Part shown: piece by piece, positions 39,424 through 53,700 of the stretch
How positions within the stretch are numbered: the first letter of the stretch is position 1
How the letters are laid out: each line of letters opens with the position of its first letter
Assembly: GCF_006345805.1 (NCBI RefSeq)
Contig: NC_043012.1
Location: forward strand, 34,658,001 to 34,722,000
DNA: 64,000 nucleotides
DNA from: Octopus sinensis
Lineage: Eukaryota
Direction of reading: 5' to 3'
Translations under genes and position numbers: made by a program
Notes under the pieces: model-generated
What the model was told of the DNA's origin: nothing
Databases searched by the model: none
Seen by the model: only the letters and a program-made list of their open reading frames with translations

Positions 39424-39455
<32 letters not shown>

Positions 39456-39901
39456 TACCTATATATATACATATATATTATATATGTATGTATGTATGTA
39501 TGTATATGTATGTATGTATATATACATAAATAATATATATATATATATATATACATATATAATGTATATATATATATACATACATACACACACACACATA
39601 TATAATTAAGATTCAGTTGAATTAGGTACTTAAACTGAGGCACCAAGCCTCGAAGTTAGATGAACAAAATGTAAACAAGTAACAAAGATGTCCAGGTATC
39701 AATGCATTACGGCTGTTTCGAGCGGCTCCATTTAATTGACTAATGAAAACATTACATCAATTTGAAAGAAACCGGTCTCCTCAGGGGCAGATGACCATAT
39801 CGATTTCCAACATAAAGGATAAACCATTTTTTTAATAAATCTATATCAGTACTAGAAACCAAAATAATTACATTGTTAACATAAGGAAACAATATATATA
39901 T

Positions 39902-39942
<41 letters not shown>

Positions 39943-40034
39943 AGAGTAAGCAGATAAATGTGAAAAAAGTTGTAAAAAAGAGTAGTAAAAAACAGAAATA
40001 GAGTAATATGCTTTATTTAAAAGCAGTTAACAAA

Positions 40035-40070
40035 CTGTCCGACGACGGAACGTGAAACTCCGAGTAACAG
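40035..40070 (+). ncRNA. Hammerhead-like motif, CCGACGA core, separate family
   Basis: ctgt-CCGACGA-cggaacgt-GAAA-ctc-c-gag-TA-acag; stem II weak. Confidence 0.5.
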
Positions 40071-40102
40071 CTTTTGTTATATTTCTGCTGATTTTAAATA
40101 AA

Positions 40103-40162
<60 letters not shown>

Positions 40163-40186
40163 TATATACATATATATATATACATA

Positions 40187-40223
<37 letters not shown>

Positions 40224-41012
40224 TATTATAGTCATAGTCATACGTGTGTGTGTCCTTGAGCATGAGTTTTTTTCCTCGGTCCTCCAGTGAGAACCGGAGT
40301 TGGTTTATTTATGTCCCTGTTATTTAGTAATTAAGAAAAGGGGGCCATAGAATAAATACCAGGCTTTAAAATAAATAAGGACTGGGGACGATTTGTTCAA
40401 CTTAAACTCTTCGATGCGGTGTCCCGGTGTGGCTGCAATCCAAAGATTGAAACAAGTACAAGTTAAAACATACATATATGAAAACACGTACATTCACGAT
40501 AATAATTATAAATGTGCTCTACACATTGTATTTTCATTCAAGACATACACATTTCTGAATGTATACATATATTTATATTTACATATATAATACAATGTAA
40601 AGGTTCGCGGTTTCGTGTGTATGTGTGTGATTATTTGTGTATATATATATATGTATGTGTGTGTGTGTGTGTGTGTGTATAAATAGAAGTACTACACGTC
40701 ATTAGGATGTATTTAGACTTATGATAAATTTTACGGTGTTTTTGGTATATAACACATTTTTACCCATGCTATGGAAAGTATACTATGGTTAAACCATAAG
40801 TTTTAATACCAATTTCAAATTCTAGTACAAGGCCAGCAGCTTCAGGGGTGTGGGTAAGACCACATTACTCAGCTGGCATTTATTTTATCTATCCCGAAAG
40901 GGTGAAAGTCAAAGTCGGCCTCGGTGGATTTGAAATCAGAACGTAAAGACGGACGAAAAGTCGCTGAGTATTTTATCCACCTTAAAACAATATAGCTAGA
41001 GAATTAACCTCT

Positions 41013-41053
41013 CACTCGCTAGTTTCGGACTTTTTACTGCTTCATCAGAAGTG
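41013..41053 (-). ncRNA. Degenerate hammerhead-like motif
   Basis: cactt-CTGATGA-...-GAAA-ctagc-gagtg; U16.1 apparently deleted and stem II broken. Confidence 0.35.
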
Positions 41054-41207
41054 GATTGCTCATTTTTCTTTCAGTACGGTATCTAGTTTTTACCTCGAGG
41101 CTAAAACTGCTTGTGAAAACGCATGTCGACCTCATGTATGGGTGTAGGTATTGTATACATACATATAGACACCCCACCCCCACAAACACACACATGGTTT
41201 GTATTAA

Positions 41208-41438
41208 GGCGGCGAGCTGGCAGAAACGTTAGCACGCCGGGCGAAATGCGAATCCGTATTTCGTCTGCCGTTACGTTCTAAGTTCAAATTCCGCCGAGGT
41301 CGACTTTGTCTTTCATCCTTTCGGGGTCGATAAATTAAGTACCAGTTACGCACTGGGGTCGATGTAATCGACTTAATCCGTTTGTCTGTCCTTGTTCGTC
41401 CCCTCTGTGTTTAGCCCCTTGTGGGTAATAAAGAAATA
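41208..41438 (+). mobile_element. SINE family B, full length
   Basis: Complete copy; flanks share ggtttgtat. Confidence 0.9.
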
Positions 41439-41938
41439 GGTTTGTATCAATACACGTGCCTGGAGGAACAAAAGTCAATTCAGACAGGACTAATAGAAAT
41501 CAGTTCCAAATTACTCCGTGGGATATTTAATTATTCTGGAGCTATGACTATCGTCTTAAAAAGCAAGTGCTTCGGTACCATGTAGACTTACGATCGGCTG
41601 TTTACTTGTCTGAACGGCCCAACTATGCAAAAAAGAATAAGTTAGCTACCTTGCCTTATAAAACAGAAGCTAGCTAACCAGCAGTCCAAAGGAGACGAAA
41701 ATATGTGTGAGAGGCTCTATTAATGCCCTCTAAAGTGTTCCGTTGCCATAGTAATAAATGTGTAAATTTATACAGTTACCGAGAACCAATAGCGTTGCAT
41801 ACAAGGCTTGTGTTACACGCACTTATATGACACTCATGAACACATTTTAATTCTTTCAAAACTGAGACCAATCTATTCTAAAGAGGTTTGTGAAATATTT
41901 AACGATTTCACTGTTATGTCTATACATACATACATACA

Positions 41939-41995
<57 letters not shown>

Positions 41996-42046
41996 AAACA
42001 AATATATAATATATACATATGCATACAGACATACACACACACTTAT

Positions 42047-42087
<41 letters not shown>

Positions 42088-42438
42088 GTATATATATATA
42101 TGTATGTGTGCATGCATGCATGTTTGTACGTATGTATATGCTTGTCTGTGTATGTATATAGGTTAGAAGGGTAGGAGTGGAATAAGAGGATTGGTTTAAC
42201 TAACCATAGTTGATTGGGTGGATGCTTATCCAATAACACGGTTTCACTCTAATAGATTAAAATATGAATATTTTCTATTTGGGGAAAATATATTTGGTGT
42301 TTGGTGATACAGGTTTCATATGGTTGTTAAGGAATATTCAGTTAAAAATGGAATTGAAATTATATATCATAATTCTCACTGTTTAAATAATCATGACCTT
42401 ATGTGTTCTAATTAAATTTATTTTCCATAGTTTGTGAA

Positions 42439-42476
42439 TCTCTCATATATATAAACGGCAAAATGTGTGTGTGTGT

Positions 42477-42513
<37 letters not shown>

Positions 42514-42760
42514 TTTATACAAATCCACAATTTTTCAGTTAGTGGGCTCGTACTTTCTATGGTCATTCAAAACCGTCCAAGGGTGGTCGTGCACATCTTT
42601 ACATTTCCCCAGTCACCCAGCAAAGCCATTAAAAAATCAATAGAAGTGACTTTTTTGTGAATTTTCTATCCAAAACATAATCAAAACGCCCGAAACTTGA
42701 TACGCCAATTGAATGCCAGCTAGCTGTATGTGATTGGTCAGAGATTTGGACAGTACCCAC
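42439..42760 (+). mobile_element. Helitron-like 5' portion
   Basis: a|TCtctcatatatataaacggcaaaatg(tg)n start; no 3' hairpin found. Confidence 0.4.
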
Positions 42761-42796
42761 GTGTATGTACGCACGCACGCAGCTATATATGCATGC

Positions 42797-42893
42797 AGTA
42801 GAAGACACTTGCCCAAGGTGCCACGCAGTGGGACTGAACCCGGAACCATATGGTTCGTAAGCAAGCTACTTACCACACAGCCACTCATACGCC
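42797..42893 (-). mobile_element. SINE family A 5' part
   Basis: agtagaagacacttgcccaaggtgccacgcagtgggactgaacccgg...cagccactcatacgcc. Confidence 0.8.
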
Positions 42894-42895
42894 TA

Positions 42896-43530
42896 TACTG
42901 TTTAACAATCGCTAGTAAGCTCTGTAGTTGGACATTTTTTGCAAAGAGTTTTAAATCATCCATGTAAATGAGAAGATTTATATTTTTATCAAACATTTTA
43001 TAACTGTACTGTACATCATTGAGCAATTTAGAGAGAGGTATTAAGGCTAGACAAAAGAGGAGTGGTAATAGAGAGTCACCCTGGAAAATGCCACATGAAA
43101 TTCTTACATCTCCAGCATCTAGAGATTCATTGTCACTCTTCAAAGTCAGTGTGGTTCTCCATGATCACATACTTACAGACAAAGTTTCGCAGAGTAGGTG
43201 CTATTTTATACATTTCCTGACATTTCTTAATCCAGATATTTCTTAATCCAGATATTTCTTAATGTGGTAGACTATCAAAAGCTTTTCTATAGTCTATCCA
43301 GGTTATCGACAAGTTTTTGTGTCGTTTGTGACAATCTTCCAAGATAATCTTATTGATGAGTAGCTGATCTTTACAACCATAGGACCTACGTTTACATCCT
43401 TTTTGCTCATTACAGAATATGCCACTTTCTATTAAAAAAACTATTGATATATTCAGTCAAAACAGATGTTAGCATTTTATAGATCGCTGTTAAGCAGGTT
43501 ATGAGTCTATAATTTTTTGGTTCATTTGTT
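42896..43530 (-). pseudogene. R4/Dong-type LINE reverse transcriptase fragment (older subfamily)
   Basis: [56 protein letters not shown]. Confidence 0.85.
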
Positions 43531-43907
43531 TCTTCAGTTTTCGTATCTATTTCTTTATCTCCAGAACAAGAAATTATTAAATCTAAGAGACAACTTTAAA
43601 GTTAAGTTTGCAATAAAAATAATTTTAAAAAAATAATGTGGCAGAGTAGAATATGCAGATAAAAACTCTGTTACATATGTCTGCAAATACTTTGACAAAA
43701 TTCAATGATTCAGTATTACTAGCAAATATCACATCCCCAGCTGGACGTCTTCAACTGACTGCGTTGCTGAGTGTTACAGTATTATGACCTCTGAACCGAT
43801 CAAACTTAACATAACTGCTAGTCTACATTTTAATGTGATTTAGAATTATAGCTTTATATCATTATCTAATAGAATCCATTGTTTCAAAACTTAATGCCAA
43901 TCTGGTA

Positions 43908-44050
43908 AAGAAATAATCGATAAAAACCCTGGAAAATCAATCAGAGCCAAAGCAAAGGAGGACCACAAGGTTTCAGAATGCATCATCAGAAGAGTTGTGT
44001 ATGAGGACATGTGGAGCAATTCATATGTGATGCGGAGGGTTCAGTTCATC
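43908..44050 (+). pseudogene. Tc1/mariner transposase HTH fragment (second copy at 45825-45972)
   Basis: EIIDKNPGKSIRAKAKEDHKVSECIIRRVVYED...SYVMRRVQF. Confidence 0.6.
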
Positions 44051-44464
44051 TTGGATTCAGCGCCCCCAAATTGCCATAAATTCATACGGATATTGTTGGC
44101 AACATGAAAAAAAGGAAAAGAAAAAATTCTATGTGTAGGTAAGTAATAAACTTTTCTTGAACAATTCGAAAGCCAACGAAGGCGAAACTGTGACCGTCTT
44201 CCAGCCAAGTTGAATAATTACCTCGATCTGACGTAGAGTTCTTTGTACAGTTGATGACTGACGTTTTTTTTTTCTAAATGTCTCAAGACACAGAGGCACT
44301 TATTAAATATGTGTGTGTTTGCGTGTGTATTTAAAAGAACGTATGTGTATGTACACGTGTGTATGTACACGTGTGTGTACTTTTGAATATTGCAGAATGC
44401 AAAAAACATACATCTATCAGTACATAAGTATATACAACGTTATCCCTTATACTTAACATCATTT

Positions 44465-44870
44465 AGAGAGAGACAGAGAAAGATAGACAGAAAGAGAGAC
44501 AGAAAGAGAGAGTGAGAGAGAGAAAGAGAGAGAGACAGACAAACAAATAGACTGGCAGACAGACAGGGGGAGAGAGAGAAAAGAAGAGAGAGGGAGGGAG
44601 AAAAGGAAAGGAAGGAGTGAGGTTGAGAAAGATGATGAGAGTGAGAGAGAGATAGAGATAGAGAGAGAGAGAGAAAGAGAGAGAAAGAGCGAGAGAGAGA
44701 GAAAGAGAGAGACAGACAGACAAATAGACTGACAGACAGACAGAGGGGGAGAGAGAGAAAAGGAGAGAGAGGGAGGAAGAAAAGGAAAGGAAGGAGTGGG
44801 TGAGGTTGAGAAAGACAGAGAGAGAGAGAGAGAGAGAGAGGGGCGGGAGAGAGAGAGACAGAGAAAATGG
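44465..44870. repeat. Purine-rich (AG/GACA) tract with an internal duplication of roughly 190 bp
   Basis: caaatagactg.cagacagacag...aaaaggaaaggaaggagtg...aggttgagaaaga occurs twice. Confidence 0.8.
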
Positions 44871-45313
44871 TAGAGAGTAACAAGTGTTACAGCTGAACGT
44901 AAAGGCAACGACCACCTTATTACAGACGAAAAACTCCCCTGGGTCTATTTATTTGTGAGTGTTTATAGCATACACTTTGCTTACTTAGATATCAGCCGTG
45001 TTGCTTGTAGATGGTGTGAGTCGTATATGCAATGGCGCACAACATCCGCTAATTCATACGGCAACAGGTTTGATTTTTTATATATCGTCAGTCAAATAGA
45101 ACAACGTTCATCGCAGTCGGATATTGAGCTTTGTGTGTTTGCGCACGCGTGTTTGCGTGTGTTGTATGTGGACGTGCGTGTGAGCAGTGGGTGTGTGTGT
45201 GTGCTGGGGCACGGGGTTATATATCTATAAAGCGTTACCCCAGCATGGCCGCAGTTTAATGACAAAACTAAAACCAGTAAAAGATAAAAAGCGTGTGTGT
45301 GTGTGTATATATA

Positions 45314-45544
45314 TATTTCTTTACTACCCACAAGGGGTTAAACACAGGGGAGACAAACAAGGACAGACAAACGGATTAAGTCGATTACATCGACACCAGT
45401 GCGTTACTGGTACTTATTTAATCGACCCCGAAAGGATGAAAGGCAAGGTCGACCTCGGCGGAATTTGAACTCAGAACGTAACGGCAGACGAAATATGGCT
45501 ACGCATTTCGCCCGGCGTGCTAACGTTTCTGCCAGTTCGCCGCC
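45314..45544 (-). mobile_element. SINE family B, full length
   Basis: Reverse complement of the family B sequence. Confidence 0.9.
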
Positions 45545-46201
45545 TATGTGTGTGTATATATAGGGTGCATCAGTTTTTTTGAGGACATCTTGTTTCTCAG
45601 ATGAATAATGTCAGGCATCAGGTTGACTCGGCAAATGTAAAGACACGCTATAATCGTTGCCTTAAACGCAGAGCATAATGATACAGGGATAACTTACTTC
45701 CTGAAAGTTGTCCGATCCCTCGTTGTCAAAGTTCGAAAGGCGCTGGAAGCTGCTGACAGGGATCCAACATCAGCAGCTAAACGCAAAATGCATGCACCGG
45801 GTCCTAATACCACCAGAAGGCATTATCTTTGTACAAAAAGTCCAAGAAATAATCGATAAAAACCCTGGAATATCAATCAGAGCCAAAGCAAAGGAGGACC
45901 GCAAGGTTTCAGAATGCATCATCAGTGAGTTGTGTATGAGGACATCTGGAACAATTCATATTTGATGCGGAGTATCGTTACTTTACTATCCTCCTGCATA
46001 ACTACTTGGTACATGCTCATACCATTCTGTTATTTCATTTTGGTATTTACGGCATAAGAACCAATGAAAATACACACACTTATGGTGGCGGCACTTGTAT
46101 ACTTTTTGTGCAAGGCTCTCACATTCACTTACCAAGTTGGTCCCATTTTCCACACTCTATCCACAGAGTCTGCATTATTATTATTATTGTTGTTGTTGTT
46201 G

Positions 46202-46256
<55 letters not shown>

Positions 46257-46261
46257 CATTA

Positions 46262-47002
46262 TTCAGTAGTTTTATTTTTATATCGTGCTTTCACTTCACT
46301 ACCGAGCACAGCTCTGTGTGCCTTGGGTATGTGCTGTGATTTGTTGTGATGCTCTGATGGTTATTGTATGGAAAGTGTTCTGCGTAGGATGTGTGCAGTG
46401 CCTAGTAGTGCAATTTTCTGTATGTTATATGTGTTTGTAAGTCCTGGTGTTTTTGTTATGTATTTGTCTGAATATTTTTTTATCATGCCTAATGCACCTC
46501 TTATGATAGGAATTGTTTCTGTTTTCAGATTCCACATTCTGGTTACCTCTACTTCCAGGTCTTTGTATTTTGAGAGTTTCTCCATTTCTTTTAGAGACAC
46601 GTTGTCATCAGCCGGTATTGATACATCAATTAGAAAGCATGTTTTTCTTCATGGTCTCTGACACTATATCTGGTCTGTTGGCCTTAATTTCTCTGTCTGT
46701 GTGTATCGGCATATCCCAGAGTATGGTTGCTTTCTCGTTTTCTGTGACCTTTTCTGGTGTGTGCCTATACCATCTTTTTTCTGTTGTTATTCCATAATGT
46801 GGCATAGCTTCCAATGTATGTAGGTTCCAACTCTGTCATGTCTGTGAATACATTCCTTCTTAGCCAGGACTGGGCAGCTAGAGAAATAATATGATTTATT
46901 GTTTCTTGTCCATCTCCACATATTCTGCAGTTACTTGTAACATTTCTTTTCATTACATGTTTTTGGTAATTTCTGGTGGGGGGCTTTGGTCTTGTGCTGC
47001 AA
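46262..47002 (-). mobile_element. R4/Dong-type LINE 3' fragment (copy 1)
   Basis: CRICGDGQETINHIIS (CCHC), ANRPDIV, EKLSKYKDL; flanked by (TTA)n. Confidence 0.9.
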
Positions 47003-47040
47003 TTAAAATATTATTATTATCATTATTATTATTATTGTTG

Positions 47041-47093
<53 letters not shown>

Positions 47094-47110
47094 TATTATT
47101 ATTATTATTA

Positions 47111-49696
47111 TTCAGTAGTTTTATTTTTATAGCGTGCTTTCACTTCACTACCGAGCGCAGCTCCGTGTGCCTTGGGTATGTGCTGTGATTTGTTGTGATG
47201 CTCTGATGGTTATTGTATGGAAAGTGTTCTGCGTAGGATGTGTGCAGTGCCTAGTAGTGCAATTTTCTGTATGTTATATGTGTTTGCAAGTCCTGGTGTT
47301 TTTGTTATGTATTTGTCTGAATATTTTTTTATCATGCCTAATGCACCTACTATGATAGGAATTGTTTCTGTTTTCAGATTCCACATTCTAGTTACCTCTA
47401 TTTCCAGGTCTTTGTATTTTGAGAGTTTCTCCATTTCTTTTAGAGACACGTTGTCATCAGCCGGTATTGATACATCAATTAGAAAGCATTTTTTTTCTTC
47501 ATGATCTCTGACAACTATATCTGGTCTGTTGGCCTTAATTTCTCTATCTGTGTGTATCGGCATATCCCAGAGTATGGTTGCTTTCTCGTTTTCTGTGACC
47601 TTTTCTGGTGTGTGCCTATACCATCTTTTTTCTGTTGTTATTCCATAATGTTGGCATAGCTTCCAATGTATGTAGGTTCCAACTCTGTCATGTCTGTGAA
47701 TATATTCCTTCTTAGCCAGGACTGGGCAGCTAGAGATAATATGATTTATTGTTTCTTGTCCATCTCCACATATCTGCAGTTACTTGTATATTTCTTTTCA
47801 TTACATGTTTTTGGTAATTTCTGGTGGGGAGGCTTTGGTCTTGTGCTGCAATTAGAAATCCCTCTGTCTCTGCTTTGAGTCCTGAGCTTCTCAACCATTG
47901 CTGGGATTTTTCTTTGTCTATTTCTTTTGCGTTTAGTTTTGTCCAGTATTTACCATGAAGGGGCTTTTCTTGCCATCGTTTTATCATGGTTCGTTGCTGT
48001 TCTATTTTTAGTTTGGATTTCATTTGTTTTATAGCTTTTGTTGTTTCTTCATCTTCTCTTCTCTTCTTCTTCATGTTTATTAGGTGGTATGATTTCTTGT
48101 TTGTATTTGTCAGCTTCCTAATACTGAGACAGTTTTTTGTTTTGCTCGTGTTTTGGCCGCTATCTGGATCAGTTTTCCTTCCTTCTGAAGTAGATATTTT
48201 TGCAGTCCTATGGTCATTATTTTATAGTAGTTTTCCAGCTGTATAAGGCCTCTACCACCTTCTATACGTTGTATATATAGTCTTTCTATGTCAGATTTTG
48301 GGTGATGCATCCTAGATCCTGTCATTATTTTCTTGTTTTCCTATCTATTTTGGTCAGTTCATTTCGTGTCCAGTTAAGGATATTGTAGCTGTAACTTATA
48401 ACTGGGACAGCTAAAGTGTTGATACCTATTCTTGTTTTTAGCATTGAGCTCTGTGTTTAGTATTGATCTAACTCGTCTATAATATTCTTTTTTTATTTTC
48501 TCTTTCATTTGTGTGTGTTTGTCTTATCTAGTTCATGGATTCCTAAGTATTTGTAAGTTTGGCTTTGGTCTAATTCTTTATTTTCATTGGTTTTATCTAG
48601 TGTGATGTTGTTACTCTTAACTAGTTTTCCTCTTTTCATGGTTACTTTGGCGCATTTTTCTAATCCAAATTTCATATCTATTTCTTTGGTAAATCCATGA
48701 ACTGTCTTTAATAGTGTTTCCAGCTGTTTGTCATTTGCAGCGTATAGTTTTAGGTCATCCATATATAAAAGGTGGCTTATCGTTTTGCCGTAACATTTAT
48801 ATCCGCATCCAGTTCTATTTAGCATATCAGATAGAGGTGACAGTGCCAAGCAGAAAAGGAGTGGAGAGAGCGTGTCTCCCTGGAATATTCCTCTTCTAAT
48901 GGGGATGTCTTTGATTTTCATGAGTCCCTCTTTTGTTGGAGGTGTAGGACTGTTTGCCATTTATTCATAGAGTGTTCTATGAATTTTATGATTGTTGGTG
49001 CTACTTTGTTAATGGCTAGTGTTTCGAGGATCCATGTGTGGGGGATGCTATCAAACGCCTTTTTGTAGTCAATCCAGCCACTACTGAGGCCTTTCTTCTT
49101 TCTGTGGCTGTCTTCAGTTATGGCTTTATTAATCATTAGTTGATCTTTACAGCCATATGAGCCTTTGCGGCATCCTTTCTGCTCTTCTGGGACAGTTTGT
49201 TTTCGTCCAGGTGCTTGTTCAGCCTTTGTGATATCACTGCAGTAAATGCCTTGAACATAGTAGGGAGGCAGGTTATTGGTCTGTATTTTCTGGTTTTTCT
49301 GTTTCATTTGATTTGGGAATTAAGATGGTTTTCCCCTTCGTGAGCCATTCAGGCATTGTCTCTGGCTCTGCTAGTACGTTGTTAAAGTTTTCAGCCAGCT
49401 TTTTGTGTATTCCTGTTAGATATTTCAACCAGAAGTTGGGGATCTTGTCATGCCCAGGTGCCTTCCAGTTGCTTAGTCTTTGCAGTGCCTGGGTGACTTC
49501 TTCAGTTGTTATGGGGATCCAAAGTTGTTCAGATGCCGAGTTTGTTATTTTGATACTCCTTTTTTTTGGCTGTTCGTTCGCCGACCATATTTCTCCCCAG
49601 AATTCTTCCAATTCTTCTGCCGTTGGTGCTGCAGTGACTTCTATTTTATTTTTTCCCAGTTCTTGGTAGAACTTTTTGGGGTTGGAGTTGAACTTT
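47111..49696 (-). mobile_element. R4/Dong-type LINE (RT plus restriction-like endonuclease), 5'-truncated, frameshifted (copy 2)
   Basis: NWKAPGHDKI, IDYKKAFDSIPH, GIFQGDTLSPLLF, HLLYMDDLKLYA, RPDIVVRD...IDVSIP...EKLSKY; (TTA)n on both sides. Confidence 0.92.
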
Positions 49697-49708
49697 TGAA
49701 CTTTATTA

Positions 49709-49753
<45 letters not shown>

Positions 49754-49758
49754 TATTG

Positions 49759-50123
49759 TTCAGTAGTTTTAGTTTTATAGCGTGCATTCACTTCACTACC
49801 GAGCGCAGCTCTGTGTGCCTTGGGTATGTGCTATGTTATATGTGTTTGTAAGTCCTGGTGTTTTTGTTATGTATTTGTCTGAATATTTTTTTATCATGCC
49901 TAATGCACCTATTATGATAATAATTGTTTCTGTTTTTAGATTCCACATTCTGGTTACCTCTATTTCCAGGTTTTTGTACTTTGAAAGTTTCTCCATTTCT
50001 TTTAGAGACACGTTGTCATCTGCTGGTATTGATACATCAATTAGAAAGCTTTTTTTTTCTTCATGATCTCTGACAACGATATCTGGTCTGTTGGTCTTAA
50101 TTTCTCTATCTGTGTGTATCGGC
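49759..50123 (-). mobile_element. R4/Dong-type LINE 3' fragment (copy 3)
   Basis: Same 3' UTR and endonuclease tail, with an internal deletion. Confidence 0.88.
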
Positions 50124-50136
50124 TATTATTATTATT

Positions 50137-50688
50137 GAGTGAGAGAGCAGTGCATGTCATCAAAGTGACACTGGGGTAAAATATACGAAGCCCAATATAC
50201 CCATCATGACTACCCGTCTGATAAGGGTACACCAGGCACATGCAACAACCATATGTGCGCGACATGGTGATCTCATATCAAGATAACAGCACATGACCTT
50301 GCAGGTGGGGCCCAGTTAGAATTTTCTTCAGGTTGAGTAGCCCATCCCGCTCAAACGGTCACTGAATAAGGGTTGTTTAAGGATGTTGAAAGAACCACCC
50401 ATGTTTCCAGAGGTGAACTATTCAAACCCCAAAGAATCCCTCTCAACACATGGCTATGATGATCCCCCACTACTTCTGCTCGTGATCAGAGATGCACATA
50501 TCGTCAGCCACTAAGGGACATGCTCAACTGGTTAAGGTCAAACACCTGACAAGCAAATCTGTGGTATTGAGCAGAATATTTGCTGTAGCCCATCTTTTAA
50601 TACCAAGACAAAACAATGTACATGATAACACTTCCAATCAGTTAAGATCAGAAGGCATGAGAGCCACTGCCTGGTACTGAATCAGGGC

Positions 50689-50691
<3 letters not shown>
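50137..50691. mobile_element. Non-coding element of about 555 bp embedded in (TTA)n
   Basis: Sharp boundaries with (tta)n on both sides; no coding similarity recognised. Confidence 0.45.
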
Positions 50692-50752
<61 letters not shown>

Positions 50753-53700
50753 TACATTAACTTACTAATGTGATGTTATTAAAGAATCATAAAATGCGGG
50801 TATCTCTACTCCTCTTTCTCTTGTCATTGCTACCGTCATTTGCAGGTTGCCAGAACAGAATGATTCATTTTATGCTAACAAGTTTAAAAAATACTTTAAA
50901 AAATACTTACCGCATATGCATGGAGATGCAGACAAATACTTGAAAATTAATCTGTATTAATCTTAATCTGCATGACCTATGCTAATTATTCATACTGAAA
51001 CACACTAATGTTAAGGTTCTAGTTTCTGACAAAAGTTTTATTTCTTTAGATGAGGCCGATTAAGATTCTTTGTGGAAGAAGAAGAAATAGATAAAAGCTT
51101 TTTGGGAGTTTCCCAAGAATTTTTGCAGTTGCTACGGTTAGATGAAGAAACTACATCTGGTTCATTGGTAGTCAAGAACTTAAAAAGTGTGGATAGAAAC
51201 TGGCATGATGAATGAGTCACAGATCATTCGCCTGTGAGCGTATTTGTGAAAGTCAAAGCAAAATATAGTTTTTTTTTAAATGAAATACCTGGAAATATTC
51301 CTGCCAGTCACAAGTAAAATACAACAGAAAAGAGTAAGATATTGATACACGATACTGCAACAATAAAATGTGAAAGCTATTACAACTAGCTGCATACCAC
51401 CTTTACAGGTGAGTTGTTGAGAATCACATTCAAAGTGATGTTCACCAAAATGTTTAAAGGCAAAGTAAATTTATTCAGTAAATGAAGCTGAAAATATACT
51501 TGAAGTTCTACTAACCAAATTTGTATTAAGACAGGAGATGGTTGTCGTGTGTACAACGGTGTTATGACACACTTGCGGCAAATAAATAGCTCTCTTCTGA
51601 AACGCAGAAACTGCTCGACTGTAATGAATCGTTTACTCCACTAATATAGTAAAATCCTGGGTTTTATTATGAACTTTTAAAAGCTGTTGTCCAATGCGAT
51701 CTGTATCGATTTCCACGGCAAATCTCAGCTGAATCTGCTTTGTTCTTATGCGATATGGATGGACAAAAAAATTTCTATTACTGAAAATCATAGTCACGCT
51801 AAAGAAGGTTCACTTTGCTTGGGAAACGGTGAAGCAACTGAACGTGTCGTAGAAAGACATGTGTAAGTCCCTTTCAAAGACACTGAGCTGTCTGTGTATT
51901 TCAAATAATGAAAGAAGGGAGGAGTGTCAAAAGAAATGAATTCGTTACAGATCGCAAAGGTTTTAGTTTCATCCGTAATTAAGTACATTGTGCCCTTCAG
52001 AACTTCCTGTGCAACCGGTTTCAACTTGATATATGTGTTTTGAGATTAGCATCATTCGTTCTCACCTCGAAGTCCAAAGAAATGTAATGAGTAATGCTCC
52101 TCCTCCTCTGATCAGTCAATAAAAGATAGGTACAAGAAATTCATGTGACTAGAAAATTAGCTTACATTTAATCAAAAGAAATGAAACAAATCGATTAATT
52201 ATCGAATAAAGCATTCAGTGTGTCATATTGTATTTATACATACTGTCGATAGGCTAGTTACTGCAGTATTTGTCTTGATATAAAATCACTTATCGGCATA
52301 TTGTGTTAAAAGCACAATAAATATCCTTGTATTATATATATAAAAAAATCAATAAAGAATTTATCGTGTTTTTAACGCAGCATGTCCACTAGAAATGTTA
52401 TCTCAAGACAGATATTGTATTATGTAGACTATCGCCAGAAGGCTATGTTGATTAGATATTGCCTCAATTGCATATACTGGATTTTTAAGAAATATAGTTT
52501 TATTTAGGGTTTGAAACGATGTCACAGTCTTTGTTGCCGGAGAGATGAAAGCAGTGACAGATGTTGTTGTTGTTAAGCAACAAGACGGGTAAGGGTGGTT
52601 AGGTGATGGTCTAGGGCTTAGGGGCGAGAGACCCCAGACCTTGAAAAAAAAACTTTAGTCGTCTTGTTGTAGTCGAGGGCTCTTCGTTGACGCCTGACAC
52701 CACTGGGAGGTGGCCCTCGAAGTCGCTGGAAATGGAGATCTCCAGGTCCAAATTCTTGGACGGCAGCAGTGACAGATGTAGGCATAAGGGTAAACAACTT
52801 ATAATTCAAAGAGTCACAATTTTCATTGGCCTATATGTTTTCAGGGTTTGTGAGATTTTCTGGCCTCCGAGCTTTATATAACTTAATACCTGACCAAGGT
52901 TTAATCTGGTACTTGGTGAATGGCAAAGTGGATGTGAGTGGGATTTGAGCACCGAATGTAAACCAATGAAGCTAAATACTCTAAGAGATTAGAAGCTGAT
53001 AGAACCAGTTTCAGTCAACTGTCTGATCTAATGAAGAATTATATTAATTAAACAGAAGTAACTCAGGAGGGAGAGGGAAAGAAAGAAAGAGAGAAAAGAA
53101 AGAAAGAAGTAAAACGGGAGAAAGCAAGACAAGAGACATTCACAAACAAATAAAACAGCATAAAGCAAAAAATTGATGCAATGTCTCTTTTTTGAAAGTC
53201 TGTGATTCTTTCTTGGCGGCGAAAATGACAATTTCTAAAATATGCCGGCTGCCATATGTGCAAACGGAATATTTAAGTTACGCAATACAATACAATAAAA
53301 ATTCTACACATCGTATCTTTTTGTTTTGTGTGTGTGTGTGAGTGTGCATTCTATCTGAACCCCTTACGTTTCCCAATCTTATTTTTGTTGTTGTTGTTGT
53401 AGAAAAGTGACTCTTGTTTATTAACTATAATTTCAAGTTTGGCGTCTAAGAGCCGAATAAGTTGTCGTCTGTTAATGTCAAGTGTTTCGTTGACTGTCAT
53501 GTACCGCTGCCGTCTTCATGTGAAATATTTGTAGTTAGGAGTGTAATACCACCCCACGCACTTCCCCCCTCTTTCTCTGTCTGTCTGTTTGTCTGTCTCT
53601 GTCTCTGTCTATCTCTGTCTGTCTGTCTCTCCCTCCCTCTCTCTCTCTCTCTCTCTCCATTTCATACATTTTGGCAGTTTCGAGAGATGGGATGGTGTTA

